Below, in pieces: positions 9,548-18,653 of a stretch of DNA of 64,000 nucleotides (the stretch's first letter is position 1; each line of letters opens with the position of its first letter). The stretch lies in the IMG/VR virus record IMGVR_UViG_3300028742_000011. One strand, given 5' to 3'. The notes under the pieces are model-generated. The model made no database searches. It saw nothing but the letters and a program-made list of their open reading frames with translations, and was not told where the DNA came from. The position numbers were made by a program, and so were the translations under genes. Source of the stretch: a virus.

Positions 9548-9983
9548 AGCTCCTGAGGAGGTACGGTTCATCCCCACGCCGAAGCAGTACACGCGGGCCG
9601 AGGCCGGGAAGCTCAACCTGAAGAACTTCACCCACAAGCATCAGACTGTTCCGATGTGTGGGCACAAGTTCATCGCTCAGCGAGAGCCGCGTCACTCGAA
9701 CTGCGAGGCTTGCTGGTTCGCGTTCTTCAACGTGCATGGTGAGTTTACCCAAGCCGTCGAGGATGCACACGCCAAGGGCGGCGACGATATGATTATCGCG
9801 CTCAAGGGCAGGAAGTTTCTCCAGAGGTTCCTTCGGTTCATGGGCAGTGTGGCCAAGCTGAAGATGGCACTGGAGGCAAAGGAAAAGAACAATGGGAGCA
9901 CTCAACCAACTGAAGGGAGTATTAGGCACGGCGAAACCGTCACCCAAGGCGACCTCTTCGGTACCACCGCCAGCGGCAGCTAA
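9540..9983 (+). CDS. Hypothetical protein with a Cys-rich (HSNCEACW) zinc-ribbon-like segment
   Basis: ORF. The start at 9540 overlaps the upstream stop. Confidence 0.35.
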   Translation: MTEAPEEVRFIPTPKQYTRAEAGKLNLKNFTHKHQTVPMCGHKFIAQREPRHSNCEACWFAFFNVHGEFTQAVEDAHAKGGDDMIIALKGRKFLQRFLRFMGSVAKLKMALEAKEKNNGSTQPTEGSIRHGETVTQGDLFGTTASGS

Positions 9984-11028
9984 GGGACTAAGCAAGAAGG
10001 AACGCTTCGCCATGCTGGACGCAGTAGCGGTAACACTCAACAAGCAGTTCAGCACGGATGAGAACAAGGTCACCACGTCTCTCGTGCGCCTAGACAAAAA
10101 GCTGGGTGTACCAATGCCCAGCTTCTCTACCGGCATGATGTCGGTGGACTACGGAGTCATCGGGTGCGGCGGCGTACCTAAGGGCCGCATCATCGAAATC
10201 TTCGGGCCTCCGTCAGCCGGTAAGACTACCATCACTCTGGAGATCATTGCCGATGTACAAGCACAGGGGGGAATTGCAGCGTTCGTGGATGCGGAGCACG
10301 CTCTCGATCCGAACTACGCTCAGGCGTTGGGAGTCAACGTCAAAGAACTCATGGTCTCTCAGCCCGACTCAGGGGAACAGGCTCTCGAAACTGCGGAAGC
10401 ACTTGCGCTATCTGGAGCGGTTGATATCGTCGTGGTAGACTCAGTGGCCGCGCTCACACCTCAGGCTGAGCTTGATGGTGAGATGGGCGACAGTCACATG
10501 GGCCTACAGGCCCGACTGATGTCACAGGCTATGCGTAAGCTGCGGGGCGCGTGCGCTCGTAACAACGTGACCATCATCTTCATCAACCAGATTCGTGAGA
10601 AGATCGGTGTGATGTTCGGCAGTCCTGAGACCACTACAGGAGGCAAGGCGTTGCCCTTCTACGCCTCTGTACGCCTCGACGTTCGTCGTCTGGGTGGGGA
10701 TGGGTCAAAGATCACGAGCGGCGGCGTGGAGATCGGTGTAAAGACCAAGATCAAAGCCGTGAAGAATAAAGCCGGTGCGCCGTTCCGCCAGACTGAAGTG
10801 AACCTCATCTACGGTAAGGGTATCGACAAGTTCGCAGACATGGTAAAATTTGCCAAGGACTGCGGCGTCATCACTGGTACGAGCTGGCTGAGCTTCAACG
10901 GAGAGCAGCTAGGTCAGGGTCTCGACAAAACGGTGTTGACACTTCGGGACAATCCTGATACAGTGGAGAAGATCAAGAAGGAAATTGCTAAGGCTATACA
11001 GGCCCAGCAGGAAGCAGACGCGCAATGA
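9892..11028 (+). CDS. recA: RecA recombinase
   Basis: Walker A GPPSAGKTT. Typical RecA stretches FVDAEHALDP, VVVDSVAALTP, IFINQIREKIGVMFGSPETTTGG and LPFYASVRLDVRR. Confidence 0.9.
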   Translation: MGALNQLKGVLGTAKPSPKATSSVPPPAAAKGLSKKERFAMLDAVAVTLNKQFSTDENKVTTSLVRLDKKLGVPMPSFSTGMMSVDYGVIGCGGVPKGRIIEIFGPPSAGKTTITLEIIADVQAQGGIAAFVDAEHALDPNYAQALGVNVKELMVSQPDSGEQALETAEALALSGAVDIVVVDSVAALTPQAELDGEMGDSHMGLQARLMSQAMRKLRGACARNNVTIIFINQIREKIGVMFGSPETTTGGKALPFYASVRLDVRRLGGDGSKITSGGVEIGVKTKIKAVKNKAGAPFRQTEVNLIYGKGIDKFADMVKFAKDCGVITGTSWLSFNGEQLGQGLDKTVLTLRDNPDTVEKIKKEIAKAIQAQQEADAQ

Positions 11029-11177
11029 GTGAACCGGTAACCATCAAATGCGGTGAGGTATTCTGCGAACTATGTGGAGACTGCATCGCGTGCTACAGTG
11101 AAGACCCCTGCTATGGGGACATGGACGCTAATGGGAATCCGGGCACTCACTACTATTCTGACCCGGAGGCGGTATGA
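11025..11177 (+). CDS. Small Cys-rich protein (50 aa, not in ORF track)
   Basis: MSEPVTIKCGEVFCELCGDCIACYSEDPCYGD.. The ATG overlaps the recA stop (ATGA) and the stop overlaps the next ATG. Confidence 0.3.
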   Translation: MSEPVTIKCGEVFCELCGDCIACYSEDPCYGDMDANGNPGTHYYSDPEAV

Positions 11178-11407
11178 GTTATGCAGCACAGAAGTTTCTA
11201 GTGGTCTTTGGGTCCATCGCAATCTTGGCATTTGCTCTGTTCGCGGTGGTCTATGAGAACCAGCAGTGGCAGAAGTACGCCACCGATCACCACTGCGTAT
11301 CGGTCGGCACCAAGGCTGGTCAGTACGTCTACACCGCCAAGGGCGGAGGGTGGACTGCGGATCAAACGATCTATCACTGTGACAACGGTGAGGAACAGAT
11401 TAGGTAA
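11174..11407 (+). CDS. Hypothetical membrane protein
   Basis: N-terminal hydrophobic helix FLVVFGSIAILAFALFAVV. Confidence 0.4.
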   Translation: MSYAAQKFLVVFGSIAILAFALFAVVYENQQWQKYATDHHCVSVGTKAGQYVYTAKGGGWTADQTIYHCDNGEEQIR

Positions 11408-11419
11408 CACGGAGGCGTA

Positions 11420-11725
11420 ATGGTCGAAGTAGCCATCAACATGATCCCCGGTAACGGAGCACAGCCGTACAAGCTGGGACTGATCCACATCGCCAATGAC
11501 ACAACCGGCGACATGGTAAACGACAACTACGACGTAGCTCTGCTCGAAGCCCACAAGGGCAAGACTTACGGGAGCGTCATCAACGGTCGCGTGGAGAACT
11601 TCTGCCGCCGCGATAAAGGCGTGATGGAGTTGCTGGCTGAAGCATTGAAGGCGACACTCGGAAGAGTGGAAGCTTGCCTTGCTGAGCAGAGCATCCATAG
11701 CACGGATGGTTACCCTCGATGCTAG
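11420..11725 (+). CDS. Hypothetical protein
   Basis: ORF. Confidence 0.4.
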   Translation: MVEVAINMIPGNGAQPYKLGLIHIANDTTGDMVNDNYDVALLEAHKGKTYGSVINGRVENFCRRDKGVMELLAEALKATLGRVEACLAEQSIHSTDGYPRC

Positions 11726-12393
11726 TCTTCATCTGGACGGCGCTCGTTTACTTGGCGTTCTCTTTCGTGGCGGCGTATTCGATACTGACCGTCCGAGACT
11801 TCTTTCGGCGCTGGTACCAAGAAGGCCCGGAGTTCTTCCTCGTGAAGATGTTCAAGTACGTTGACATCTTCCGCGATGGCACGACCGACATCTACCTGAG
11901 ACGGTTCTATATCTACCCGCGCACCGGTCCCACCGAGGACAACAAACTGGTACCGCGCCTCTACCTGCACAAGTTCTATCGCGGGGACGAAGACCCACAC
12001 ATGCACGACCATCCGTGGCCGTTCACCAGTCTCATCCTGACCAAAGGGTACTGGGAGGAGACACCGTGGGACGCGAAGGACGACAAGGACTGGGAGATCG
12101 GTGAGACCCGTTACCCATCGTGGGGGCCTGATGAAGGCGACTGGCGAGAGCGCAAGTTCTACCCTGCCTTGAGCATCCTCCGCCGACCGGCAACGTGGAA
12201 GCACCGTGTCATCCTTGAAAAGGGTGGGCAGGCGTGGACGCTTGTCAAGACTGGTGTGAAGGAACGGAGCTGGGGCTTCTGGGTCAAGGACACTCTCTGC
12301 CCGTGGCGTCAGTACAACGACGGCGTTTGCTACTGCACCCCTGAAGAGAAGGTTGCGGCGACGAACGATCCCAACCACGAGGCGTCCTCATAG
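11719..12393 (+). CDS. Hypothetical protein with an N-terminal TM helix and an HxD...H-containing segment (HMHDHPW)
   Basis: ORF. A possible metal-binding motif is noted only. Confidence 0.4.
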   Translation: MLVFIWTALVYLAFSFVAAYSILTVRDFFRRWYQEGPEFFLVKMFKYVDIFRDGTTDIYLRRFYIYPRTGPTEDNKLVPRLYLHKFYRGDEDPHMHDHPWPFTSLILTKGYWEETPWDAKDDKDWEIGETRYPSWGPDEGDWRERKFYPALSILRRPATWKHRVILEKGGQAWTLVKTGVKERSWGFWVKDTLCPWRQYNDGVCYCTPEEKVAATNDPNHEASS

Positions 12394-12421
12394 CGTTCGC
12401 TGGCATAGAGAAAGAGGTCAA

Positions 12422-12700
12422 ATGACGTTCAACATCACGCAGAAGCACATCGACGCGGGCGACACCTCTATGGGTTACTGTCCCATTGCTCTGGCAGTCA
12501 CGGAGGCCCTAGGTGATAACGCCTACGTTCTCGTAGACTACAAGACAATCTACATCGGAGATTACGGTGAGAGCACGGGACTGAAAAAGGGCAAGTCATA
12601 CAACCTTCCCAGCTCCGCAATCGCGTGGATCGCAACACATGACGCCAAGTTCCCCGGCACCACACCTAAGCCATTCTCGTTCGAACTGGAGATCGCATGA
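12422..12700 (+). CDS. Hypothetical protein
   Basis: Met 12422 follows the AGAAAGAGG RBS. The listed ORF starts earlier, at 12353. Confidence 0.4.
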   Translation: MTFNITQKHIDAGDTSMGYCPIALAVTEALGDNAYVLVDYKTIYIGDYGESTGLKKGKSYNLPSSAIAWIATHDAKFPGTTPKPFSFELEIA

Positions 12701-12927
12701 CATTCACACTCACTACAGAGAACGGATCGGTCTACACGATCAACGAAGAAGCGAAGACGTGGCACCGGCTGAAGGAGGCCTCGCACTCTGAGAGTCTGCG
12801 CACGATACACGGTACGTTCGACGAGTACTCCATAGAGGACGGTACCCTGACGCTGCTGTCACCCGGCCTTGAGTTCGGCACGCGCCTTATACGGACGAGC
12901 CGGATCGTGAAGATGGAGACGGCGTAG
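12697..12927 (+). CDS. Hypothetical protein
   Basis: ORF with an ATGA overlap. Confidence 0.4.
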   Translation: MTFTLTTENGSVYTINEEAKTWHRLKEASHSESLRTIHGTFDEYSIEDGTLTLLSPGLEFGTRLIRTSRIVKMETA

Positions 12928-12939
12928 TAAAGGAGAATC

Positions 12940-13392
12940 ATGAACATTAGAATGACCTACGACCCTCAGGGGTTGTACGCAACAGAACGACGCGAGGCAC
13001 TGAAGCTCGTAGCGTATCAGGACCAAGGTAAGGTCTGGAGCATTGGGTACGGCCACACTGGGCAGGATGTCTACCCCGGTCAGGTCTGTACGAAGGAACA
13101 GGCGGAGAACTGGCTCAACCACGATACCCTAGTGGCCCAGAACGCAGTCAACGATTACGTCAACGTACCGCTTACGCAATTACAGTTTGACGCTCTGGTC
13201 GATTTCGTGTACAACATAGGAGTAACTGCTTTTCGAACTTCCGAGATGCTGAAGGCGCTGAACCGTAAGGATTACGTCGAGGCTGATGCCCAGTTCAAAC
13301 GCTGGGTGTTCGTGAAGGGACAAGTAAACCGTGGCCTTGAGAACCGACGCGAGGCTGAGTCAGAAGAGTTTGAAGGTAACCCGAACGCCTAG
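12940..13392 (+). CDS. T4-type lysozyme (glycoside hydrolase family 24, muramidase)
   Basis: The layout resembles T4 lysozyme: catalytic Glu (ATERREAL), Asp 9 residues later (YQDQG), then SIGYGHTG, plus the conserved FDALVDFVYNIG region. Confidence 0.8.
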   Translation: MNIRMTYDPQGLYATERREALKLVAYQDQGKVWSIGYGHTGQDVYPGQVCTKEQAENWLNHDTLVAQNAVNDYVNVPLTQLQFDALVDFVYNIGVTAFRTSEMLKALNRKDYVEADAQFKRWVFVKGQVNRGLENRREAESEEFEGNPNA

Positions 13393-13562
13393 GAGGGCGA
13401 TTGGAGAACGAGATCACAATCCGGTACAACACAACTACCGGACAATTTGAAGTCAACCTATTCCACGGTCATCGAGAGTTCGAGGCCGTGGCTTCTGTCC
13501 TTAGCGAAGCACTCACCGATCTAGCGGAGCAGCTAGAGTCCTACGGGTTCTAAGAGGCTCAA

Positions 13563-13709
13563 ATGTCATTCACACGCATAGTCTGTATCGTTGTGGCCAT
13601 TGTTCTGGCGGCACTCCTCGTGAGTCCTCAGACGGTGGTCATTTGTGTTGCAGCCTGCATCATAGCCGAGGGAGCGCACATCTACCTCGTGAAAGGTCAC
13701 CGTGCCTGA
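13563..13709 (+). CDS. Small hydrophobic membrane peptide (48 aa)
   Basis: MSFTRIVCIVVAIVLAALLV... is a single TM helix. It lies downstream of the lysozyme and could be a holin- or antiholin-like peptide. Confidence 0.3.
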   Translation: MSFTRIVCIVVAIVLAALLVSPQTVVICVAACIIAEGAHIYLVKGHRA

Positions 13710-13858
13710 GTATCGAATCGAAGAAGGATGGGTCTTCCACCGGGAAGGCCCTAAGAACTGGTCGCGGCGTTACTACCAGAACTGGAGCTGTGTCTACTAC
13801 CGCGAGGGCTACAAGACCATCTCCGCTGCGCAGAGGGGCACCCTGAGCGGAGAGCAGC

Positions 13859-14335
13859 TTGAAGCTTAGCGCCAAGTTCCTAGCCGCCTGCGACATCTAC
13901 CTTGAGTGGGAGAAGTGCTCCTCGCCGTTAGGGGAGCACGCGTCCCGCAAGGTCAAAGCACCGTGGATGGCGGATTGTATGTCGAAAACGACCGCACAGG
14001 AGGCCCTATACGCCTTCGAGACGCATGGGGAGGTATTCTACGTCCACCCTTTAGAGCTTGAATTGGCGCAGCGTCTCTTCTATGGGAAGGCCAACCGGGA
14101 CTGGTGGACGAAGGAGATCGGCTGGTGGACCAAGCACGCCGAGTTCTACCCGGAGGACTTTCTCGTACACCTGACGCCCGAGACCTTCAACCAGCTCTTC
14201 CGGCGTTACCCTCGTGTCGATCTAACCCGGCACGTCTACGACAACACCTACACCGATGAAGAGCTTGACAGAGACCTGAGGCGGTGGTACCTTGGAATGG
14301 AGACAGAACGAGATGACGTTAGGATTACCAGATAG
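13859..14335 (+). CDS. Hypothetical protein
   Basis: ORF. Confidence 0.4.
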   Translation: MKLSAKFLAACDIYLEWEKCSSPLGEHASRKVKAPWMADCMSKTTAQEALYAFETHGEVFYVHPLELELAQRLFYGKANRDWWTKEIGWWTKHAEFYPEDFLVHLTPETFNQLFRRYPRVDLTRHVYDNTYTDEELDRDLRRWYLGMETERDDVRITR

Positions 14336-14507
14336 GATGACCAATCGGGAGTGGATCGCTAGGCGTCTGCTCTGGAGCTTTGGCATCCCGGCCAATCAAG
14401 GGCACAAGTTCTACAAGCGCCTGAAGCTGGTGGTTGTAGGCAAGCTCCACTTCGAGGTTCACAAGTATGACTTCCACAACGAGCGAGAGCCGGTGGAGAT
14501 CAAATAA
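14292..14507 (+). CDS. Hypothetical small protein
   Basis: Last ORF before the terminator. Confidence 0.3.
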   Translation: MEWRQNEMTLGLPDRMTNREWIARRLLWSFGIPANQGHKFYKRLKLVVVGKLHFEVHKYDFHNEREPVEIK

Positions 14508-14512
14508 AAAAG

Positions 14513-14547
14513 GCCCCCACCAGATGATTAGTCTGATGGGGGCTTCT
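14513..14547. terminator. Putative bidirectional intrinsic terminator between the convergent arms
   Basis: AAAAAA then a GCCCCCACCAGA / TCTGATGGGGGC stem (one mismatch) with loop tgattag, then a TTCTTCG tail. It sits at the + / - convergence point. Confidence 0.45.
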
Positions 14548-14771
14548 TCGTGTCAAAGTCTTCTGTACAGGTTGATTGGTCTGGTGGGTGGGCGGTGGCA
14601 GTATCTAGTCGGAGCTACGTGGAAGTGATCTGGCTGATGACGATGTGTGTGCTGCTGTCCAGCCAGCATAATTACTGATAGTGCGATGTCCTTCAGCATG
14701 GGGCATCCTCCCTGTCAAGTAAGACGTGAAGGATGCCCGCTGGGTTGTCTTAGTCTCGGACTATATCAAAA

Positions 14772-16418
14772 TCATGACCCACACGTACCTCCTTTACCCA
14801 GCTCACAGATATCCATAGCTTCCACGAATATCTCGTCCTTGTGCTTCATGGCCGTCGCCCACTTGACTGCTGTGAGAGGCTGGCCGCCGCGTGCGCCGTC
14901 AGGGTAGACTGTCATGCCCCTCAGGAACGGCAGATGCTTCATGAGCATGTCACCGAACGGCTTCACCGTGTCGGCGTTGTTGTACTTAGTTCCCCACTCG
15001 GGGAGGTTGAGGGTTGAGCTGATGGCGTGATCCACATACTGCTGGAGCCATGCTTGGAAGGCGATACGGCGCTCCGGTTCCTGAGCCAGTGTGTAAGCGT
15101 CCTCAATGGCGTCGGGATCAACCTCGCCGGATTCGACGAGTCGCTTCGCCACAGGGTCTAGGACGTACTGATACTTCCAGACGTTTGCATCGACGTATCG
15201 ACGTTTGTACGCGGCACAGAACAGAGGCTCGATGCCAGTCGTAGTTCCCGCAAGGATACCAATGGTTCCTGTGGGTGCAATCGCACGTGTCTTGACAGGT
15301 CGGCTAATGCCCCAGATGTCTGCTTGGCGCGCAGCCATTTCAGTTGACTGCGCGTAGACTCGCAGGTAATCTTCGAGTTCGACTGAGGGTCCATACGGTA
15401 GTCCTTTCTTGAGCATCCACTCGTGAAGCCCCATAAGCCCTAGGCCGAGCCGACGATTCTTGGAGCGTACTTCCCCCACCTTATCGTACGGCAGGTCGCT
15501 GTAGACGCTGCCAGCCAGCAAGAAATGGGTTCCTAGGAGGGTGACCTCTACCATCTCTCCGACATTTGCGATGTTGGCCATGTTGATCGAGCCAAGGTTG
15601 CAGATGTCAGAATCGTCAGCCGAGGTGACTTCGGTACAGGCGTTGCGTAGGTCTTCGCCAGCGTTCTTCCCAGTGTCAACGGAGAAGCCGGGTTCGGCGG
15701 TACGGAGCATACGTTCGACCGTCTGCCAGTACACATCCTGTGCCCAGAGGTGGCATTCGTTATTCTCGTCCGCGTAAGCTAGGAAGAACTCGTCATCCAG
15801 ACAGACGGAGATGTTGGTGCCATCCATCGTCGCCGGGAAGTTGAAGTCCTTGAGCTTCATCGCTCGTACCTCAGGCGTCCAGTCCTTCATGGCGATGAAC
15901 TTGAAGATGTCCTTGTGAGACCAGTTGAGTCCGGCCCATAGCGCCGAACGGCGTGAGCCGCCCTGCTTGAGACCGCGACCGCATTCGTTGGTCATCTGCA
16001 TCAGGGCTAATGGCCCGCTGGCCACGCCGCCTGTGCGCCCGATAGGAGAGCCTTCGGGTCTGATGAGTGAGTAGTTGGTGCCTAGGCCCGCGCCGGTACT
16101 GAGGCCCATTGCGTGCTTGTGCAAATGATCTGCCCACCCTTCGCGGCTATCGAGCACGCGCATGAGCAGGCAGTTTTGAGTCTGATGGAAGGGCTTGCCC
16201 GAGGCGTAGAGGTACCGGCCTCCGGGGATGAACTTCATTTCAGTGATGAGTTGGGCTGTGCGCCGGATGGTCTCTTCAGATGCTCCGACCGCGCTGAGCA
16301 CGTGGTACGCGACTCTGTATGCTATCTCTGGCCACGTTTCCTTCGAACCGTCGATCTTTGTCTCAGCATACTTCTGAAGCATGATCGTCAGTTGGAACGT
16401 ATTCATTACGCTATTCAA
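14772..16418 (-). CDS. nrdJ: Ribonucleotide reductase, class II (adenosylcobalamin-dependent, NrdJ-like, monomeric short form)
   Basis: N-terminal LQKYAETKIDGSKETWPEIAYRVA resembles the NrdJ effector region. It has the active-site NC(L)LM cysteine context and a C-terminal GGTCGS motif. Confidence 0.7.
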   Translation of the reverse strand: MNSVMNTFQLTIMLQKYAETKIDGSKETWPEIAYRVAYHVLSAVGASEETIRRTAQLITEMKFIPGGRYLYASGKPFHQTQNCLLMRVLDSREGWADHLHKHAMGLSTGAGLGTNYSLIRPEGSPIGRTGGVASGPLALMQMTNECGRGLKQGGSRRSALWAGLNWSHKDIFKFIAMKDWTPEVRAMKLKDFNFPATMDGTNISVCLDDEFFLAYADENNECHLWAQDVYWQTVERMLRTAEPGFSVDTGKNAGEDLRNACTEVTSADDSDICNLGSINMANIANVGEMVEVTLLGTHFLLAGSVYSDLPYDKVGEVRSKNRRLGLGLMGLHEWMLKKGLPYGPSVELEDYLRVYAQSTEMAARQADIWGISRPVKTRAIAPTGTIGILAGTTTGIEPLFCAAYKRRYVDANVWKYQYVLDPVAKRLVESGEVDPDAIEDAYTLAQEPERRIAFQAWLQQYVDHAISSTLNLPEWGTKYNNADTVKPFGDMLMKHLPFLRGMTVYPDGARGGQPLTAVKWATAMKHKDEIFVEAMDICELGKGGTCGS

Positions 16419-16427
16419 TTTCTTTCG

Positions 16428-16826
16428 TTACCCTTCTTTGTGTTGCTTCAAGTACGCATCCGCCTTAGATGCCCACTCTAGATTCTCTATGAAGTGCAGG
16501 CCAAGATTACAACGACGACAAAGTAGACCACGAACTTTTCCAGTTACGTGGTCGTGATCGATACACATACTTTTGAACCCTTGGAGATCACCATCTACGC
16601 CACATATATCGCACAGACCTTTGTGTGCTGTGAGAAACTCCTCAAGCTCCTCATTCGTCATCTTATAGGCACGCTTACGGTGGTAGTTAGATTTACGTTC
16701 AGGATCAGAGTGGTATTTAGCCTTACTCGCAGCATTGATACGGTCTTTGTTAGCACGGTAATAGGCTCTACTTCTAGCCCTAGCCGCTTCTTGTTGGTCC
16801 TCAGTCAGGAGCTTTCGTCCTATCAT
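16428..16826 (-). CDS. Endonuclease VII family nuclease (second copy)
   Basis: CDICG...CIDHDHVTGKVRGLLCRRCNLGL carries the same DHDHxTGxxRGLLCxxCN signature. Confidence 0.7.
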   Translation of the reverse strand: MIGRKLLTEDQQEAARARSRAYYRANKDRINAASKAKYHSDPERKSNYHRKRAYKMTNEELEEFLTAHKGLCDICGVDGDLQGFKSMCIDHDHVTGKVRGLLCRRCNLGLHFIENLEWASKADAYLKQHKEG

Positions 16827-17608
16827 AGAACCGCGTGGAGAACAAACCCTAGAGTTACGCCAACTCCTACGCCAGCACCATATAAAAACGCCTTCAACTT
16901 GCCGCGTCGCGCTGAAGCCTTTACCGAGGCTACTTCGGCCTTACATGCTTTCGTCTGGTCTCCCAGTTGAGTGTTCAAAGCTGTGACCTGAGACTTCAGG
17001 CCGGTTGTCAGATCGTCAGAGGATGTAAGCTCTGCGTTCAAGTTGGTGTTCTCTGTCTGCGTGTCAGTTAGGTTCTTCGAGAGCACGGGTACAGATTCGA
17101 GTTGGGTAACAGTGGCCAACGCCGCCTGAGGCGATACGGTGACCCCTGCGGTTGTGGCAGTCAAGTCGCCCGGTGCTGCCTGAATAAGAGTCGCCCATCG
17201 ATTGCCAAGAAGCGGCAAGGGAAGATTCTTATCGGTGGCTACTTGCTGCTGTAGCACGACCGTGCGGGTGTTGACCTGCTGAGTTAGCTGAGCGTTCTGC
17301 TGTGTGAGTTGAATCACAAGCGCCTGATACTGCGCCGTCTGGCCTGCTACCTGAGCGGCGAGGGCTTTGCTGTTCTCGGATGCAACGGCGAGTTGCTGTT
17401 GCGCGAGACTAGCGGCGGCCTGATCTTTGGTGGCCTCGCGGTCGAAGTACTTGCTCACTCCGAAGACGAGAAAGGAAAGCACGAGGACTACGAGGATAAG
17501 GCGTTCGTGATTCTGAAGCCACGTCTTCGTCGTAGCAACAGTCGTTGCCACAGGGACCACCGGGACTGCTGGTGCAGCCGGGGTTGTCGTTTGGGTTGGT
17601 GCTGACAT
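16823..17608 (-). CDS. Membrane-anchored Gln/Ala-rich coiled-coil protein
   Basis: An N-terminal TM helix (LILVVLVLSFLVFGV) followed by long QQ/AA heptad-like repeats. Confidence 0.4.
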   Translation of the reverse strand: MSAPTQTTTPAAPAVPVVPVATTVATTKTWLQNHERLILVVLVLSFLVFGVSKYFDREATKDQAAASLAQQQLAVASENSKALAAQVAGQTAQYQALVIQLTQQNAQLTQQVNTRTVVLQQQVATDKNLPLPLLGNRWATLIQAAPGDLTATTAGVTVSPQAALATVTQLESVPVLSKNLTDTQTENTNLNAELTSSDDLTTGLKSQVTALNTQLGDQTKACKAEVASVKASARRGKLKAFLYGAGVGVGVTLGFVLHAVL

Positions 17609-17611
17609 ACA

Positions 17612-18103
17612 TTACTCCTCTTTCAAAACATCATTGAAGTCAAGGAACGCTCCGTACTTGACATAGAGCGGGTGCCACGGTCTGTCTTCGGTTCTACGGA
17701 CACAGAGAAGGTTGCGACCCTTGATAATTCGCATGACCTCTCTGCCCCTATACCGTAGGGAAGGTTTGGTGTGAATAAACGAACCCCACGCACATACCAC
17801 ATCGGCACCTACGGGGATGGATTCGATGACACCATTGTTGAGCGCCCCAACCACATCCGATGGAGTACTGGTCAATTCTATTGGGTCGGTAGCGCGGTAG
17901 GCAAATAGGTTGACTACCATAATAGCTCCGTAACCATTGAGCCTTGCGAAGCCAATACACTTTTTGATGGTGGCATCGTCATTCATAGCATCGGCGGTCG
18001 ATGGATTGAGCATTACCCAGTATAAGACAGGCAAAGACGCATCCCACTCACGTGTGAGGGAATAGCGGTACACTCCTTCGATAAATGCGGTTTTGTGCAT
18101 CAC
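17612..18103 (-). CDS. DUF1643-family protein
   Basis: N-terminal R..L.R.W...P.L.WVMLNPSTAD...DDAT matches the DUF1643 signature as remembered. Confidence 0.5.
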   Translation of the reverse strand: MMHKTAFIEGVYRYSLTREWDASLPVLYWVMLNPSTADAMNDDATIKKCIGFARLNGYGAIMVVNLFAYRATDPIELTSTPSDVVGALNNGVIESIPVGADVVCAWGSFIHTKPSLRYRGREVMRIIKGRNLLCVRRTEDRPWHPLYVKYGAFLDFNDVLKEE

Positions 18104-18114
18104 TCCTCCTAGAC

Positions 18115-18143
18115 GGAAAAAGGCCCCTCCCGAAGGAGGGGTA
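18115..18143 (-). terminator. Intrinsic terminator (minus strand)
   Basis: Stem CCCCTCC/GGAGGGG with loop CGAA. On the minus strand it is followed by CCTTTTTCCG. Confidence 0.55.
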
Positions 18144-18156
18144 GCTGCGTCGTCGT

Positions 18157-18360
18157 CTATTCTTCTGGTGTCCAGATAAGGATCACCACGTACAACCCGT
18201 TGGAGATTGAGAATCCCTCAAGGCTATATCGATTGGTTGGGTCTAGGGCCAGCGTATTGAGACGCTGTTCCATCTCCCTTGGCCCACGAAACGTCTCAAC
18301 AAGTACGGGCTTGAAGTTCGGGTCTCCGAGTGGTGTGAAGTTCATTGGACTCACTCGCAA
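18157..18360 (-). CDS. Hypothetical small protein
   Basis: ORF. Confidence 0.3.
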   Translation of the reverse strand: MRVSPMNFTPLGDPNFKPVLVETFRGPREMEQRLNTLALDPTNRYSLEGFSISNGLYVVILIWTPEE

Positions 18361-18653
18361 CTCGGGATGGGATTGAATCGGCTAGGCGGAGCGAGAGGGT
18401 TGAATTGACTCTCTGGCTTCACGGGATTGAATTTGCTTGGGACAGTCACGGGATTGAATTGACTGACCGGGGTGACGGGGTTGAACTTTCCGTCTGCTGG
18501 CTTGGCGTCGAAGAACTCCTGAAGGACATTACAGTCTGCGCCTTTGTTGCCCTGCTTCATTGAGTCCATTAGAACTTCTCCCTCGACTTCTGGTAGCTGG
18601 CTGAGCTTACTTTGCCATGCGCCACGTGGTCGATTACTTCTAGGTTCGTCCAT
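18351..18653 (-). CDS. Protein with five tandem x-F-N-P-[VLI]-x-P repeats
   Basis: KFNPVTPVSQFNPVTVPSKFNPVKPESQFNPLAPPSRFNPIP. The underlying DNA has a 27-nt period gggattgaat-type repeat. It overlaps the neighbouring HNH ORF on the same strand (18569..18653), so the exact starts are uncertain. Confidence 0.4.
   Translation of the reverse strand: MDEPRSNRPRGAWQSKLSQLPEVEGEVLMDSMKQGNKGADCNVLQEFFDAKPADGKFNPVTPVSQFNPVTVPSKFNPVKPESQFNPLAPPSRFNPIPSCE
18366..18500. repeat. Five tandem 27-nt repeats (coding for the FNPV peptide repeats)
   Basis: Repeated GGGATTGAAT(T/C)G... units are visible on the + strand. Confidence 0.55.

Noticed and set aside
14701-14738. 9-bp GC-rich hairpin (GGGCATCCT...AGGATGCCC) downstream of nrdJ as an intrinsic terminator
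   Set aside because: No U-rich tract on either strand. It is left as an unexplained stem-loop, and the better terminator candidate is at 14513..14547.
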